Shown piece after piece: positions 15,892-25,342 of a stretch of 32,000 bases of DNA (the first letter of the stretch is position 1; the number at the start of each line of letters is the position of its first letter). A program made the translations under genes and the position numbers. Below the pieces are notes generated by a model. That model searched no databases, was not told the DNA's origin, and was given only the letters and a program-made list of their open reading frames with translations. Source of the DNA: Acaryochloris marina MBIC11017 (GTDB lineage: Bacteria; Cyanobacteriota; Cyanobacteriia; Thermosynechococcales; Thermosynechococcaceae); the NCBI RefSeq assembly GCF_000018105.1, contig NC_009925.1, positions 5,580,001 to 5,612,000 on the forward strand, given 5' to 3'.

Positions 15892-17055
15892 TCAATTATT
15901 TGCAGCCATTCGATAAATTTCAATGAGTTGTTGATAATTAGCCCTTGCGGTGTATTTAGCTTCAAATTCTTGGCGGACTTCTAAGCGCATCTGTTGTAAT
16001 TCCTCAGGATGAGACAGAGCCCATTCAACTTGCTCTGCTAAATCCAGGGAATCGCCTGGTTGAAACTGTAAGCCTGTTCTCTTATGTTCTACCAATTCAG
16101 CAATCGCACCGATCTGGGAAGCAATTACTGGTGTTCCCTTCGCAAACGCTTCTATCGCCACTCTGCCAAAGGTCTCATACCATTTCGAAGGGAAAATCAA
16201 AAAGGAGGCTTCCCCCATTAGTTGATGCACTTCATCGATTGATTTACGGCCTAACCAAGAAATATGGGGAGACTCTTTTATCTTGTCAAGAACTAATTCG
16301 GATAAAGGTCCATCACCAACAATGCGAAGCGGAAAAGGAGATTGCAACTTATCCCAAGCTGACAACAGGGTATCTAAACCTTTCTCAACCGATAATCGCC
16401 CCACATACAACGCAAATTGGCCTTTGCCGTGACCAACACCCGGATCTGGGTTAACAAAATTGGGTTTTACAATAATCTTATTTGCTGGTAACCCCCCTTG
16501 GATGAGTTTATTCCTAGCAAAGTGAGTCAGGGCAATATACTTATCTACCTTTCGGTCCCAGGTTTTTAGCAAACGATGAATGCTGATCATGCTGGCGGTA
16601 ATGCCACTCGCTAAACGATTATTGCGATAGCAGCTGTGGATGATTCCAGGCCATGGAATTGCCTTATTTAGACAGTCCTCACAGACCTTCCCTTGCCGGA
16701 AAAATAGAGCATTGGGACATAATAATCGATAATTTCGGATTGTTTGGATAACTGGGACCCCTTCTGCTTGAGCAGCGTAATAGACAGAAGGTGAAATTAA
16801 AGGGAAAGAGTTTTGGACATGAACAACATCATAAGGCTGGTGTTGTAATTTCTGTCTCACTGCTTGGTAGGACTCTTGCGACCAAATCGTTTGGGTGGCG
16901 AGTTGCCAGCTTCGATAGGACGGAATCGATATGTTGTCTTTTTCATATTCATCAACGAGATGTCCCATCTCCCTCAATAGGGATTTCTCAGATTTGCAAG
17001 ACTCGTCTTCACCTCCTCGAATTTTGTAATAGTTATGAACACTAAGAATACGCAT
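15892..17055 (-). CDS. Glycosyltransferase family 4 (GT-B fold)
   Basis: The C-terminal motif is YETFGRVAIEAFAKGTPVIAS (E-x7-E), plus YVGRLSVEKG. The likely start is ATG 17055 (MRILSVHNYY). The track ORF extends to 17094. Confidence 0.85.
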   Translation of the reverse strand: MRILSVHNYYKIRGGEDESCKSEKSLLREMGHLVDEYEKDNISIPSYRSWQLATQTIWSQESYQAVRQKLQHQPYDVVHVQNSFPLISPSVYYAAQAEGVPVIQTIRNYRLLCPNALFFRQGKVCEDCLNKAIPWPGIIHSCYRNNRLASGITASMISIHRLLKTWDRKVDKYIALTHFARNKLIQGGLPANKIIVKPNFVNPDPGVGHGKGQFALYVGRLSVEKGLDTLLSAWDKLQSPFPLRIVGDGPLSELVLDKIKESPHISWLGRKSIDEVHQLMGEASFLIFPSKWYETFGRVAIEAFAKGTPVIASQIGAIAELVEHKRTGLQFQPGDSLDLAEQVEWALSHPEELQQMRLEVRQEFEAKYTARANYQQLIEIYRMAANN

Positions 17056-17232
17056 ACAGTGGCCTATATCAAAATCCAAGAAACTTAATCGCAAGCTGAT
17101 AGATATCTAGAGCCAAACATTATGGTCTCACCCCAATTTGGTGACTGAATTAGGGCAAATCTACCTCCATTATGACGACCTATTCCTTGACCTAGATGAA
17201 TAATAGAGAGTTTCAGAAATGGCATAAAAGCT

Positions 17233-18363
17233 CTAGATTCTACCACTCAGCACAGATTCATAGATTCCTTCTAACACCTTAGTTTGTTTTGCTCGATCAA
17301 ATTGGGTTTCAACATGTTCTCGCCCTTTATAACTCATGGTTTGCCATAGGGTGTGATCTTGAAAGAGGCGTACCATCGAACCAGCTAGACCTTGTGAATC
17401 GGCCTCGGGGGATAAATAGCCAGTCTCACCATCAATCACTGCTTCTGGGATGCCAGCATGCACTGTACTCACAACTGGTAGTGACATGGCTTGTGCTTCC
17501 AGGACAACATTCGGCAACCCTTCCGCATCGCCTTGTGACGACGTCACGCTAGGTGCTGCTAATAAACGCGCTCGATTCATCCAGGATTTAACGATTTCTG
17601 GTGGTTGAACCCCTAGGAATTGATATTTTTTAAGACTTCTTAGAGCAATGGTTTCTAGCTCAGCTCTGAGAGGCCCATCTCCAATGATGACTAACTCAAC
17701 ATCAGGACACTCTCTTTGGACTATCGTAATGGCTTCCAGCAGATACTTACACCCTTTCTTTTCGGTAAGACGCCCGACGAATAAGACAATAGATTCACGA
17801 GCAATTTTAGGATCTGCCCAAAACTTCTGAATATCGACACCATGATAATGGTTGAGAATCTTGTCTTCAGGAAATCCCTGGGCGATGAGTTTCTGGCGTA
17901 TAAACTGAGAGACAGTGAGGAAGAGTTGTGCTTTATGCTTAAGCGTCTCTTTCTTCTGAAAATAGAGCCAATGATTCAGTGAAGTGTATTTCGAATCTGC
18001 CTCAGATATAGTGGCATCCGCTCCTCTGTAGTGAACAATCAGAGGAATCTCCAGATCCTTGACCCAAGGCAGCATAAGTACACCACTTAAACCAAATTGA
18101 GCATGGATAAGTGCTGGCTTCAATGCCTTGATTTGTTGATAAAGCTGAGGAGCAAAACCAGTGAGTTTAAAGACTTGTTCTCCAACTTTGCCGAGCAGAG
18201 TACCTCGATTAACTACCAATGTTCTTTCAAGGGGTAATTCGAGTCCTTCAACTCTGCGGGACCCTACGTAGTAGGCTGTAAACCGCTCTAGTTTTTCTGC
18301 TGGATCTCGGATGAAAGTTTGAGATGGAGGCAATAATAAACTATTAAAAATAATGATATTCAT
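17233..18363 (-). CDS. Glycosyltransferase family 4
   Basis: Motifs FVGRLTEKKG and AEGLPNVVLEAQAMSLPVVST..GIPE are present. 376 aa. Confidence 0.85.
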   Translation of the reverse strand: MNIIIFNSLLLPPSQTFIRDPAEKLERFTAYYVGSRRVEGLELPLERTLVVNRGTLLGKVGEQVFKLTGFAPQLYQQIKALKPALIHAQFGLSGVLMLPWVKDLEIPLIVHYRGADATISEADSKYTSLNHWLYFQKKETLKHKAQLFLTVSQFIRQKLIAQGFPEDKILNHYHGVDIQKFWADPKIARESIVLFVGRLTEKKGCKYLLEAITIVQRECPDVELVIIGDGPLRAELETIALRSLKKYQFLGVQPPEIVKSWMNRARLLAAPSVTSSQGDAEGLPNVVLEAQAMSLPVVSTVHAGIPEAVIDGETGYLSPEADSQGLAGSMVRLFQDHTLWQTMSYKGREHVETQFDRAKQTKVLEGIYESVLSGRI

Positions 18364-18427
18364 AAAAAAAGTGACTTTCTACCGATAGGCGGGCAAAATA
18401 CATCAATCTGTGAGGGGAATCATTAGA

Positions 18428-19672
18428 TTATGGGGATGTTGTCTGCAGGAGATTCTGATAAAGTTTAGCTTGAGCTAACCCTTTACTTTCCCAGCTAAAT
18501 TGGGTCTGAGCGCGCTCCTGCCCGGCCTGACTAAAGTGTTTCCATAGATCTGGATCGCCAGCAATCTGCACTAGGGCAGATGCTAAATCATCAATGACCT
18601 GTTGCGGGGTTTGTACGGCAATTTTATAACCTGTTTCTTCGGTTACATGAATTGCTGGACCTCCTATGTTTAGGCATATGACTGGGCAACCTGCAGCCAT
18701 AGCTTCAAGACAGACTAGACCACCCGACTCATGCAAACTGGGATGAATGAGTGCCAAGCATTCCCCTAATTTATTGAGGGTTTCTTCTCGGGAGAGTTGA
18801 GACCAAAACTTAACTTGGTGATCGATTTGAAGCGTAGCGGCTAGTTGCTGTAAGTGTTGACGTTCAGGGCCATCACCAATAATCCAATATTCGGTATTCT
18901 CAGGTAAATTCGCTTGAGCAAAGGCCTGCAACCCTAAGTGAAAGCCTTTCCAATGCAGCAAACGCCCAATACTGACAAACCGCGTTGCCCGCTCGTGGTT
19001 ATTCGATTTAAGATTTAACGTGGCAATTTCGCTTGTGGACAATCCTAATTGCGAGTAAACCTCCACCTCAGATGCACCGAGAGCTTTGAGCCGATCAACG
19101 GTATCTTGAGTGGTCCCTCGAGCGAGGGAACTTCTTGCAGCGGTCTGATGGACAAAAGGATCGACTTCTCCTAGTCGACGAGCAGATTCACGGAGGATTT
19201 CATAGATCTTGCCCCTAAGACTGAAACTTTGCCAGAACTGATTGGGAGTGGTTTCTCCGCCGCCTACCGGCCCCCAAATAAAAGGCGGGGGTAAGAATGA
19301 CAGAAAACTTGGGGTGGAATAGCGAACATAAGTGACATGGTGGATAATGTCGAAATTTATTTCGTCATGTAATTTTTTGGCAACCCAATATGCTTTTAAC
19401 TGCCAAAGATAATAGTGTAGGTGAACAATTCTCAGATTTTGATTGAGCTTGGCTAGAACTTGAGACGGTTCACAATAAATAAAGTTGAGATCGGAAACAG
19501 GATGTTGACTGAGTTCAGTTTCTATAGGAATTTGATTGTTTCCTCGAGTTAACACCCAAATACGGTGATACTTGGATAATTCGAGCACCAAATTCCAACC
19601 TACTCCAGGCTCAGACCCTTCATGGGGTCGGCAGGCATAAGCAGAAATCAACACATTCAAGCGTTGAGACAT
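18428..19672 (-). CDS. Glycosyltransferase family 4
   Basis: Motifs SIGRLLHWKG and HESGGLVCLEAMAAGCPVICL are present. 414 aa. It lies 15 nt downstream of the preceding glycosyltransferase gene. Confidence 0.85.
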   Translation of the reverse strand: MSQRLNVLISAYACRPHEGSEPGVGWNLVLELSKYHRIWVLTRGNNQIPIETELSQHPVSDLNFIYCEPSQVLAKLNQNLRIVHLHYYLWQLKAYWVAKKLHDEINFDIIHHVTYVRYSTPSFLSFLPPPFIWGPVGGGETTPNQFWQSFSLRGKIYEILRESARRLGEVDPFVHQTAARSSLARGTTQDTVDRLKALGASEVEVYSQLGLSTSEIATLNLKSNNHERATRFVSIGRLLHWKGFHLGLQAFAQANLPENTEYWIIGDGPERQHLQQLAATLQIDHQVKFWSQLSREETLNKLGECLALIHPSLHESGGLVCLEAMAAGCPVICLNIGGPAIHVTEETGYKIAVQTPQQVIDDLASALVQIAGDPDLWKHFSQAGQERAQTQFSWESKGLAQAKLYQNLLQTTSP

Positions 19673-19687
19673 TAGCAGAAATCACCT

Positions 19688-20824
19688 TTATTGCAATGTG
19701 CCTTTAGCAACGCTAGCAAGGAATTCTGCTGCGGCTTCAGGAGTATATTGAGCCATGATTTGTGATGACCGTTCTCCCATACGCTGACTTAAAGAGGGGT
19801 CATCTACAAACTTCTTCATTACAGATGCGAATGCATTTGTATCATTAGGATCGAATATATAGCCATTATCGTCATTTGCTACCAATTCCGAGGCTCCAGC
19901 AAACTGAGAGCAAAGAATGGCCTTACCCACAGCCATGGATTCTAAGACAACCATCCCCCAAGTGTCTTCCAACGTTGGTAATACGAATATATCTGCATAA
20001 CCAAAATACGCCCCTAATTTCTGATAATCGACTTTCCCTATCCATTTGACGTAGTCTTCCAAGTTATGGGTGCGACAATATTCCTCTAATCCTTGGCGTT
20101 GATCACCATCTCCTACAATCATCACCGTGAAGGGCTGACACCCGTCTTGAACTAAAGAGGTGCACGCCTTAAGGAGTAAAGAAATCCCTTTACGAACACT
20201 CACACTTCCAACAAATATAAAAATGGGTCGTTTAAATTCAAGATGACTTAAATCCTCCCCTGCAGAAGAGGCCTGGAGCGCATTGCCGGAAGGAACCTCA
20301 TAAGGATGTAAATGAACAAGCTCGGCAGACGCTGCAAGGCATTCTTCTAAATACTGTTTGCCAGCATGGCTATTCGTAATACAGGCATCAGCTGCCCGGA
20401 CCATTGCTTTGCGAATCGACAATCTCAGGTTGGAATTTCGATAATCTACTCCGGGCGAACTACCTTCATAGGCAATCACGACCCGCCATTTGCCGATGGG
20501 TTTAGACAAGAGTGCCAGAATCGTCCAAACCCCAAAGGAGTTGCAGAAGATCACATCAGGCTTGAATTTCAGTAAGCGGTTGACGATATTTAGGGGCATG
20601 ACGGTGAAATTGTCACCGTAACTCGCCGCTGATTTTCGCAAGGAAACGACTTTCCGTTCACCGACAATATCAACTTTGAAGGCCTCTTCATAGCCTGGTG
20701 CAAATCCTCTCCAATTTGCCACAAATGCCTGAGTATCAGGGTTTATATCTGAGAGGCTTTTGAGCATCGGATGCCAGTAGTCAGCTGCTGAAGTTAAAAG
20801 CCAAGCAATACGAAGATTTTTCAT
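19688..20824 (-). CDS. Glycosyltransferase family 4
   Basis: Motifs FVGSVSVRKG and EDTWGMVVLESMAVGKAILCS are present. The likely start is ATG 20824 (MKNLRIAWLL). The track ORF opens at TTG 20866. Confidence 0.8.
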   Translation of the reverse strand: MKNLRIAWLLTSAADYWHPMLKSLSDINPDTQAFVANWRGFAPGYEEAFKVDIVGERKVVSLRKSAASYGDNFTVMPLNIVNRLLKFKPDVIFCNSFGVWTILALLSKPIGKWRVVIAYEGSSPGVDYRNSNLRLSIRKAMVRAADACITNSHAGKQYLEECLAASAELVHLHPYEVPSGNALQASSAGEDLSHLEFKRPIFIFVGSVSVRKGISLLLKACTSLVQDGCQPFTVMIVGDGDQRQGLEEYCRTHNLEDYVKWIGKVDYQKLGAYFGYADIFVLPTLEDTWGMVVLESMAVGKAILCSQFAGASELVANDDNGYIFDPNDTNAFASVMKKFVDDPSLSQRMGERSSQIMAQYTPEAAAEFLASVAKGTLQ

Positions 20825-20980
20825 TTCATGTATGGGGGTAGAGCAGTTCCAAACTCGAAACATCAACTAGTAAGGCGAATGTGAGGTTTATTCTGGCTTC
20901 GTATTATTCATTTAGTTCAATCATGGCTCTTGCTTTTTCAGATTACCCCCAAATGCAGAATGGACATTGGCAAGTTTGAG

Positions 20981-23638
20981 TTATGACATATTTACCAGAA
21001 TTAACTGGCGGCGATGAATTTGAGTCAATACTATTGGCTGTCCACTGATATGTTCCAACATAAACATAAGATGTTCTGGGCGTAGGATAGTCCCATCATT
21101 TCGGCAGCTGCCAATATAGTTTATTTGAGTTGGGTTATCTGTCCCCAAATTTAAAGAGAACAGTCGATCACGTAAATTGACCACTTTCTGTTTCCCAGAT
21201 TTGGTTGTTTGCTCAAACAAAATTTCTTTTGTCTCCAAAATTTGATCGAGCCAGATTTGCCATTGCTTAGCTTCTATGGACGAGTTGTTGCTGGCTGTGA
21301 CGGTGAGTGAATATTCAGCCTGGCCCACGGCTTGAGTGGCGGAGGGGGCTTTGAGATCAATGACTTCAGCATTGTAGATGGGGATATCAGACGGCAAAAA
21401 AGTGTCTAGGGTTTGCCGAAAGGTTTCAAGGTCAACGCATTCTGTTAGTTCAAAATCGACGATTTCACCTGAACTGGTTGCGCCTAACATCAGGGCGTTA
21501 GCTGGGGCAATGCGAGGACTGGGATGAAAGCCTCCGGTGTACGCAATAGGAATGTGCGATCGCCTGACGATACGGTCAAACAATCGCAATAAATCCAAAT
21601 GGCTGACCAAAGCCATATCCCCCTGTTTTCCGAACCAGACTCGAATGCGTTGAACACGCTCTTGGTTGGGAACGAAATTGCCGTTAAATGCAGGAATCGG
21701 TTGAGGGGGAACAACGACGTTATGACCAAAATCAACGCTACAAACTCCACAGTGGGAGCAGCCCTCGAAGGAGCAATCCGGGACAGTCGCCGCTTGCAGG
21801 GCTCGTTTCAGATCGTCCTGAAGCCACTGTTTATCGATGCCGGTATCCAGATGGTCCCAGGGTAAGGGGGCGTCTAAGCTCTGGAGAGGGTGATGGCTTG
21901 GCTGGAGAGAGGTTTCCTGGTCTGGAGAGGAGTTATCAAACAGATTCCATTCCCCTTGCTCGACTTGACGATATTTCCAGGTGAGATTCGCTTCTGCGAT
22001 CGCATCGGTCCAGGCGCCATAGGCTTTGTCTAAACTTTCCCACCAGGAATCCATACCAGCCCCCAGTTCCCAGGCTCGTTTAACCACAGGGGCCAAGCGG
22101 CGATCGCCTCGGCCGACAAAATCTTCCATGGCCGAAATCCGCACATCCGTGAAGTTCACCTTCACCCCTTTTAATCGTCTAAATTCGGCCCGTAGGAGAT
22201 CTTGCTTGCGCTGGAATTCCTGGGTGGAGACAGAATGCCACTGAAAGGGGGTATGGGGTTTAGGGGTGAAGTTAGAAATGGTGATGTTGAAGTTGAGACG
22301 GCGCTTGCCTTGACCCTGACATTCTCGGCGCAGCCACCGAATCGTCTCCGCAATGCCCAAGACATCGGCATCCGTCTCTCCGGGTAAGCCAATCATGAAA
22401 TAGAGTTTGACTTTGCTCCAGCCCTGCTCATGGGCCGTTTTAATCCCTCGCAACAGCTCCTCATTAGTCAAGCCCTTATTAATGATGTCCCGCATCCGCT
22501 GAGTACCCGCCTCGGGAGCAAAGGTCAAGCCTGTATTACGAGTGCCGCCAATAATATTGGCAATATCTTCATCAAATCGGTCCACCCGCTGACTGGGCAA
22601 AGACAGAGAGACATTCTCATCCTTGAGCCGATTCTTGATTTCCATGCCCACAGCAGGGAGTGCCAGATAATCAGAACAGCTGAGGGACAAGAGGGAAAAC
22701 TCGTTATACCCCGTCTCCCGCATGCCCGTCTCAATGGCATCTACGACCTGTTCCGGCTCAACATCCCGAGCGGGGCGGGTGAGCATGCCGGGCTGACAGA
22801 ATCGGCAGCCTCGGGTACAGCCCCGCCGCACTTCGATGGTGAGGCGATCATGGACGGTCTGAACGTAGGGGACCAAGCCAATGGAATAAGCGGGCATGGG
22901 ATCGGCCACTCGTCGCAAGACTCGTTTTGGGACATCGGGACGGTTTGGATGGACGGCTCCATCGTCAGCCATATCGTAGAACTGAGGTACGTATACGCCG
23001 GGAATTTGGGCTAAATCAAGTAAGATGGCCTGGCGGCTCAACCCTTGGGCTTTGCCTTCTTCTAAAATTAAGCCGATTTCCGGTAAGAGTTCTTCGCCAT
23101 CCCCCAAGGCCACGAAATCAAAGAAATCCGCATAGGGTTCGGGATTAGATGTGGCGGTCTGTCCGCCAGCGAAAATCAACGGATAGGTGGCACCACTGGT
23201 CTTGCCCCAACCGGCCTGATTGCGTTCTTGCCAAGTTAAAGGAATCCTAGCCAGATCCAACATCTCTAGAATATTGGTAGCGCCCAGCTCGTAACTGAGG
23301 CTAAAGCCCAAAATGTCATAATCAGTTAACGATCTTTTCGTTTCAACTGCAAAGAGGGGCGTTTCCGTTTCCCGGAGTTTGGTGGCCAAATCTGCAGCTG
23401 GAAGATAGGCGCGATCGCACAACTGTCTCGGCTGGGCATTTAGAATGTTGTAGAGAATAATATGCCCCAGATTAGATGCCCCGACCTCGTAAACTTCAGG
23501 GTAGGTCAACACCCATCGTACTGAAGCTGAATCCCAGGCTTTATGCACAGCACCTAACTCATTACCGAGGTAACGAGCTGGCTTCATAATGTCTGGTGTA
23601 ATCAGTGATTCAACAGCTACAGGCACGGGCAATCTCAA
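20981..23638 (-). CDS. Fused radical SAM protein (TIGR03960-type B12-binding/radical SAM N-part plus TIGR03936/DUF2344-type C-part), function unknown
   Basis: 885 aa. The CX3CX2C cluster is RGCTRGCRFCQPG. The N-terminal KPARYLGNELG block is typical of TIGR03960. The C-terminal ~230 aa (RIRVWFGKQGDMALVSHLDLLRLFDRIVRRSHIPIAYTGGFHPSPRI) is typical of DUF2344. The start is uncertain: TTG 23638, GTG 23626 or ATG 23587. Confidence 0.85.
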   Translation of the reverse strand: MRLPVPVAVESLITPDIMKPARYLGNELGAVHKAWDSASVRWVLTYPEVYEVGASNLGHIILYNILNAQPRQLCDRAYLPAADLATKLRETETPLFAVETKRSLTDYDILGFSLSYELGATNILEMLDLARIPLTWQERNQAGWGKTSGATYPLIFAGGQTATSNPEPYADFFDFVALGDGEELLPEIGLILEEGKAQGLSRQAILLDLAQIPGVYVPQFYDMADDGAVHPNRPDVPKRVLRRVADPMPAYSIGLVPYVQTVHDRLTIEVRRGCTRGCRFCQPGMLTRPARDVEPEQVVDAIETGMRETGYNEFSLLSLSCSDYLALPAVGMEIKNRLKDENVSLSLPSQRVDRFDEDIANIIGGTRNTGLTFAPEAGTQRMRDIINKGLTNEELLRGIKTAHEQGWSKVKLYFMIGLPGETDADVLGIAETIRWLRRECQGQGKRRLNFNITISNFTPKPHTPFQWHSVSTQEFQRKQDLLRAEFRRLKGVKVNFTDVRISAMEDFVGRGDRRLAPVVKRAWELGAGMDSWWESLDKAYGAWTDAIAEANLTWKYRQVEQGEWNLFDNSSPDQETSLQPSHHPLQSLDAPLPWDHLDTGIDKQWLQDDLKRALQAATVPDCSFEGCSHCGVCSVDFGHNVVVPPQPIPAFNGNFVPNQERVQRIRVWFGKQGDMALVSHLDLLRLFDRIVRRSHIPIAYTGGFHPSPRIAPANALMLGATSSGEIVDFELTECVDLETFRQTLDTFLPSDIPIYNAEVIDLKAPSATQAVGQAEYSLTVTASNNSSIEAKQWQIWLDQILETKEILFEQTTKSGKQKVVNLRDRLFSLNLGTDNPTQINYIGSCRNDGTILRPEHLMFMLEHISGQPIVLTQIHRRQLILVNMS

Positions 23639-23780
23639 ACTTCAACGTTAACCGTTCAAATCTACTATAACGAGGGACCACTCGAGTCAGAGATCCACCG
23701 TCATATTTATACTCAGGGCAATTCAAGATGGCCTCTATATTGATAAAGTCAGATCAGTAGGTCAATCGAGCAGTTCAACC

Positions 23781-24608
23781 ATGACAAATGCAACGCCAAC
23801 TCCCGTTATCGTCACTGGAGCCGCTGGCAAAATGGGGCGGGAAGTGATCAAAGCTGTAGTCCAGGCCGATGACTTGAGACTCTATGCTGCGGTTGACCGC
23901 AATCCTGACGTGTTTAGTCTAGATGCAGGGGAGCTTGTTGGTCTTGACACTTTAAATATTGAATTGACCAATGAACTTGAACCGGTTTTAGCAGCAGCGG
24001 CCCAAGAGAAACAGCCCTGTGTCATGGTGGACTTTACCCATCCCAGCTCCGTTTACAGCAATATCAGATCTGCGATCGCATATGGAGTATTTCCAGTAAT
24101 CGGCACCACTGGCCTTAGCGATGAGCAAATGAATGATCTGACTGAATTTACTGAAAAAGCCAGTATGGGTTGTTTGGTCATTCCCAACTTCTCCATTGGT
24201 ATGGTGCTATTACAACAGGCTGCCGTTCAAGCCTCCCAATATTTTGACCATGTCGAAATTATTGAACTACACCACAATCAGAAAGCAGATGCACCCAGTG
24301 GAACTGCCGTTAAAACGGCTCAATTACTCGGTGATTTAGGCAAAACCTATAACCCTGCCCTGGTCGAAGAGAAAGAGCATTTAGCTGGTGCTAGGGGTAG
24401 TCTAGGTAGCGAAAATATTCGAATTCATAGTATTCGGCTGCCAGGATTAATTGCTCACCAAGAAGTTTTATTTGGTGCCCCTGGTCAACTCTATACCTTG
24501 CGCCATGACACGAGCGATCGGGCCTGCTATATGCCGGGTGTTCTGCTTTCTATTCGAAAAGTTACCCAGTTACAAACTCTGAGTTATGGATTGGAGAAAA
24601 TCCTGTAG
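23781..24608 (+). CDS. dapB: 4-hydroxy-tetrahydrodipicolinate reductase
   Basis: The N-terminal nucleotide-binding motif is [14 protein letters not shown]. The signature [15 protein letters not shown] is present. 275 aa. Confidence 0.9.
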   Translation: MTNATPTPVIVTGAAGKMGREVIKAVVQADDLRLYAAVDRNPDVFSLDAGELVGLDTLNIELTNELEPVLAAAAQEKQPCVMVDFTHPSSVYSNIRSAIAYGVFPVIGTTGLSDEQMNDLTEFTEKASMGCLVIPNFSIGMVLLQQAAVQASQYFDHVEIIELHHNQKADAPSGTAVKTAQLLGDLGKTYNPALVEEKEHLAGARGSLGSENIRIHSIRLPGLIAHQEVLFGAPGQLYTLRHDTSDRACYMPGVLLSIRKVTQLQTLSYGLEKIL

Positions 24609-24841
24609 CTCTCTAAAAAACCTGGGTTATGCAACAGCATGAAGCTGGACTGATAGACCGGCAGACGTTCAAATTGAGGTGAATACGTTTGTCTATGATT
24701 ATCCTCTAGGGGCTAATTCCCGACAGGCCAATATTGACAAAGAATTCAATGCTTATTGGCGGCTTCTATGGAACATTAAGGTCGAGTATGTGAGTATAGT
24801 TAAAGACAACTTAACTGTTCTTAAAATATTCAACTCACATT

Positions 24842-25177
24842 ATGTCAGCAGCAATTCAGTTTATCCGGGGCGTTGATGAAGAGGTCATCCCTGACGTACG
24901 GTTAACACGGGCTAAAGATGGTAGTTCAGGCCGGGCTATTTTTTACTTCGAAAATCCAAATCTTATCCAAGAAGGGAAATTGGAAGTGATGGGGATGTAT
25001 CTGCAAGATGAAGAAGGAGAGTTAACGACTCTAGACGTGAGTGCCAAATTCGTCAATGGCAAGCCTCATGCTATTGAAGCTAATTATGATATGAAATCTG
25101 AAGAAGAGTGGGATCGATTCATGAGGTTTATGAATCGGTATGCAGAATCCCACGGGCTTGGGTTTTCGAAATCTTAG
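24842..25177 (+). CDS. psb28: Photosystem II reaction centre protein Psb28
   Basis: 111 aa. [36 protein letters not shown] matches the highly conserved Psb28 N-terminus. Confidence 0.9.
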   Translation: MSAAIQFIRGVDEEVIPDVRLTRAKDGSSGRAIFYFENPNLIQEGKLEVMGMYLQDEEGELTTLDVSAKFVNGKPHAIEANYDMKSEEEWDRFMRFMNRYAESHGLGFSKS

Positions 25178-25220
25178 GTTGCGGCCATCAATTTAAGAAC
25201 CACCTTCCCTTCAAGTCACT

Positions 25221-25278
25221 TCGCTGTGCAAAAGAGTAATCATCAGCCGAACATTTGAATTTGGACCTTGCACAGCGA
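25221..25278. terminator. 11-bp inverted repeat between convergent psb28 and ctp genes
   Basis: The arms tcgctgtgcaa (25221-25231) and ttgcacagcga (25268-25278) are complementary, with a 36-nt loop and no clear U-tract. Confidence 0.3.
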
Positions 25279-25342
25279 CTGTGGGGATTTTCTACTCGTT
25301 GGGTTGTTCGGACCAAAGATTGCAGATCAGCCTTATGGAAAC

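Noticed and set aside
22430-23014. 194-aa plus-strand ORF, plus several 60-100-aa ORFs on both strands, inside 21.4-23.2 kb
   Set aside because: They lie entirely within the well-supported radical SAM CDS, in its most GC-rich part. Their sequences are low-complexity and Arg/Gly/Pro-rich, as is typical of antisense frames.
24679-24876. 65-aa GTG ORF upstream of and overlapping the psb28 start
   Set aside because: It occupies the probable psb28 promoter and leader, overlaps the conserved psb28 start out of frame, and has no recognisable features.
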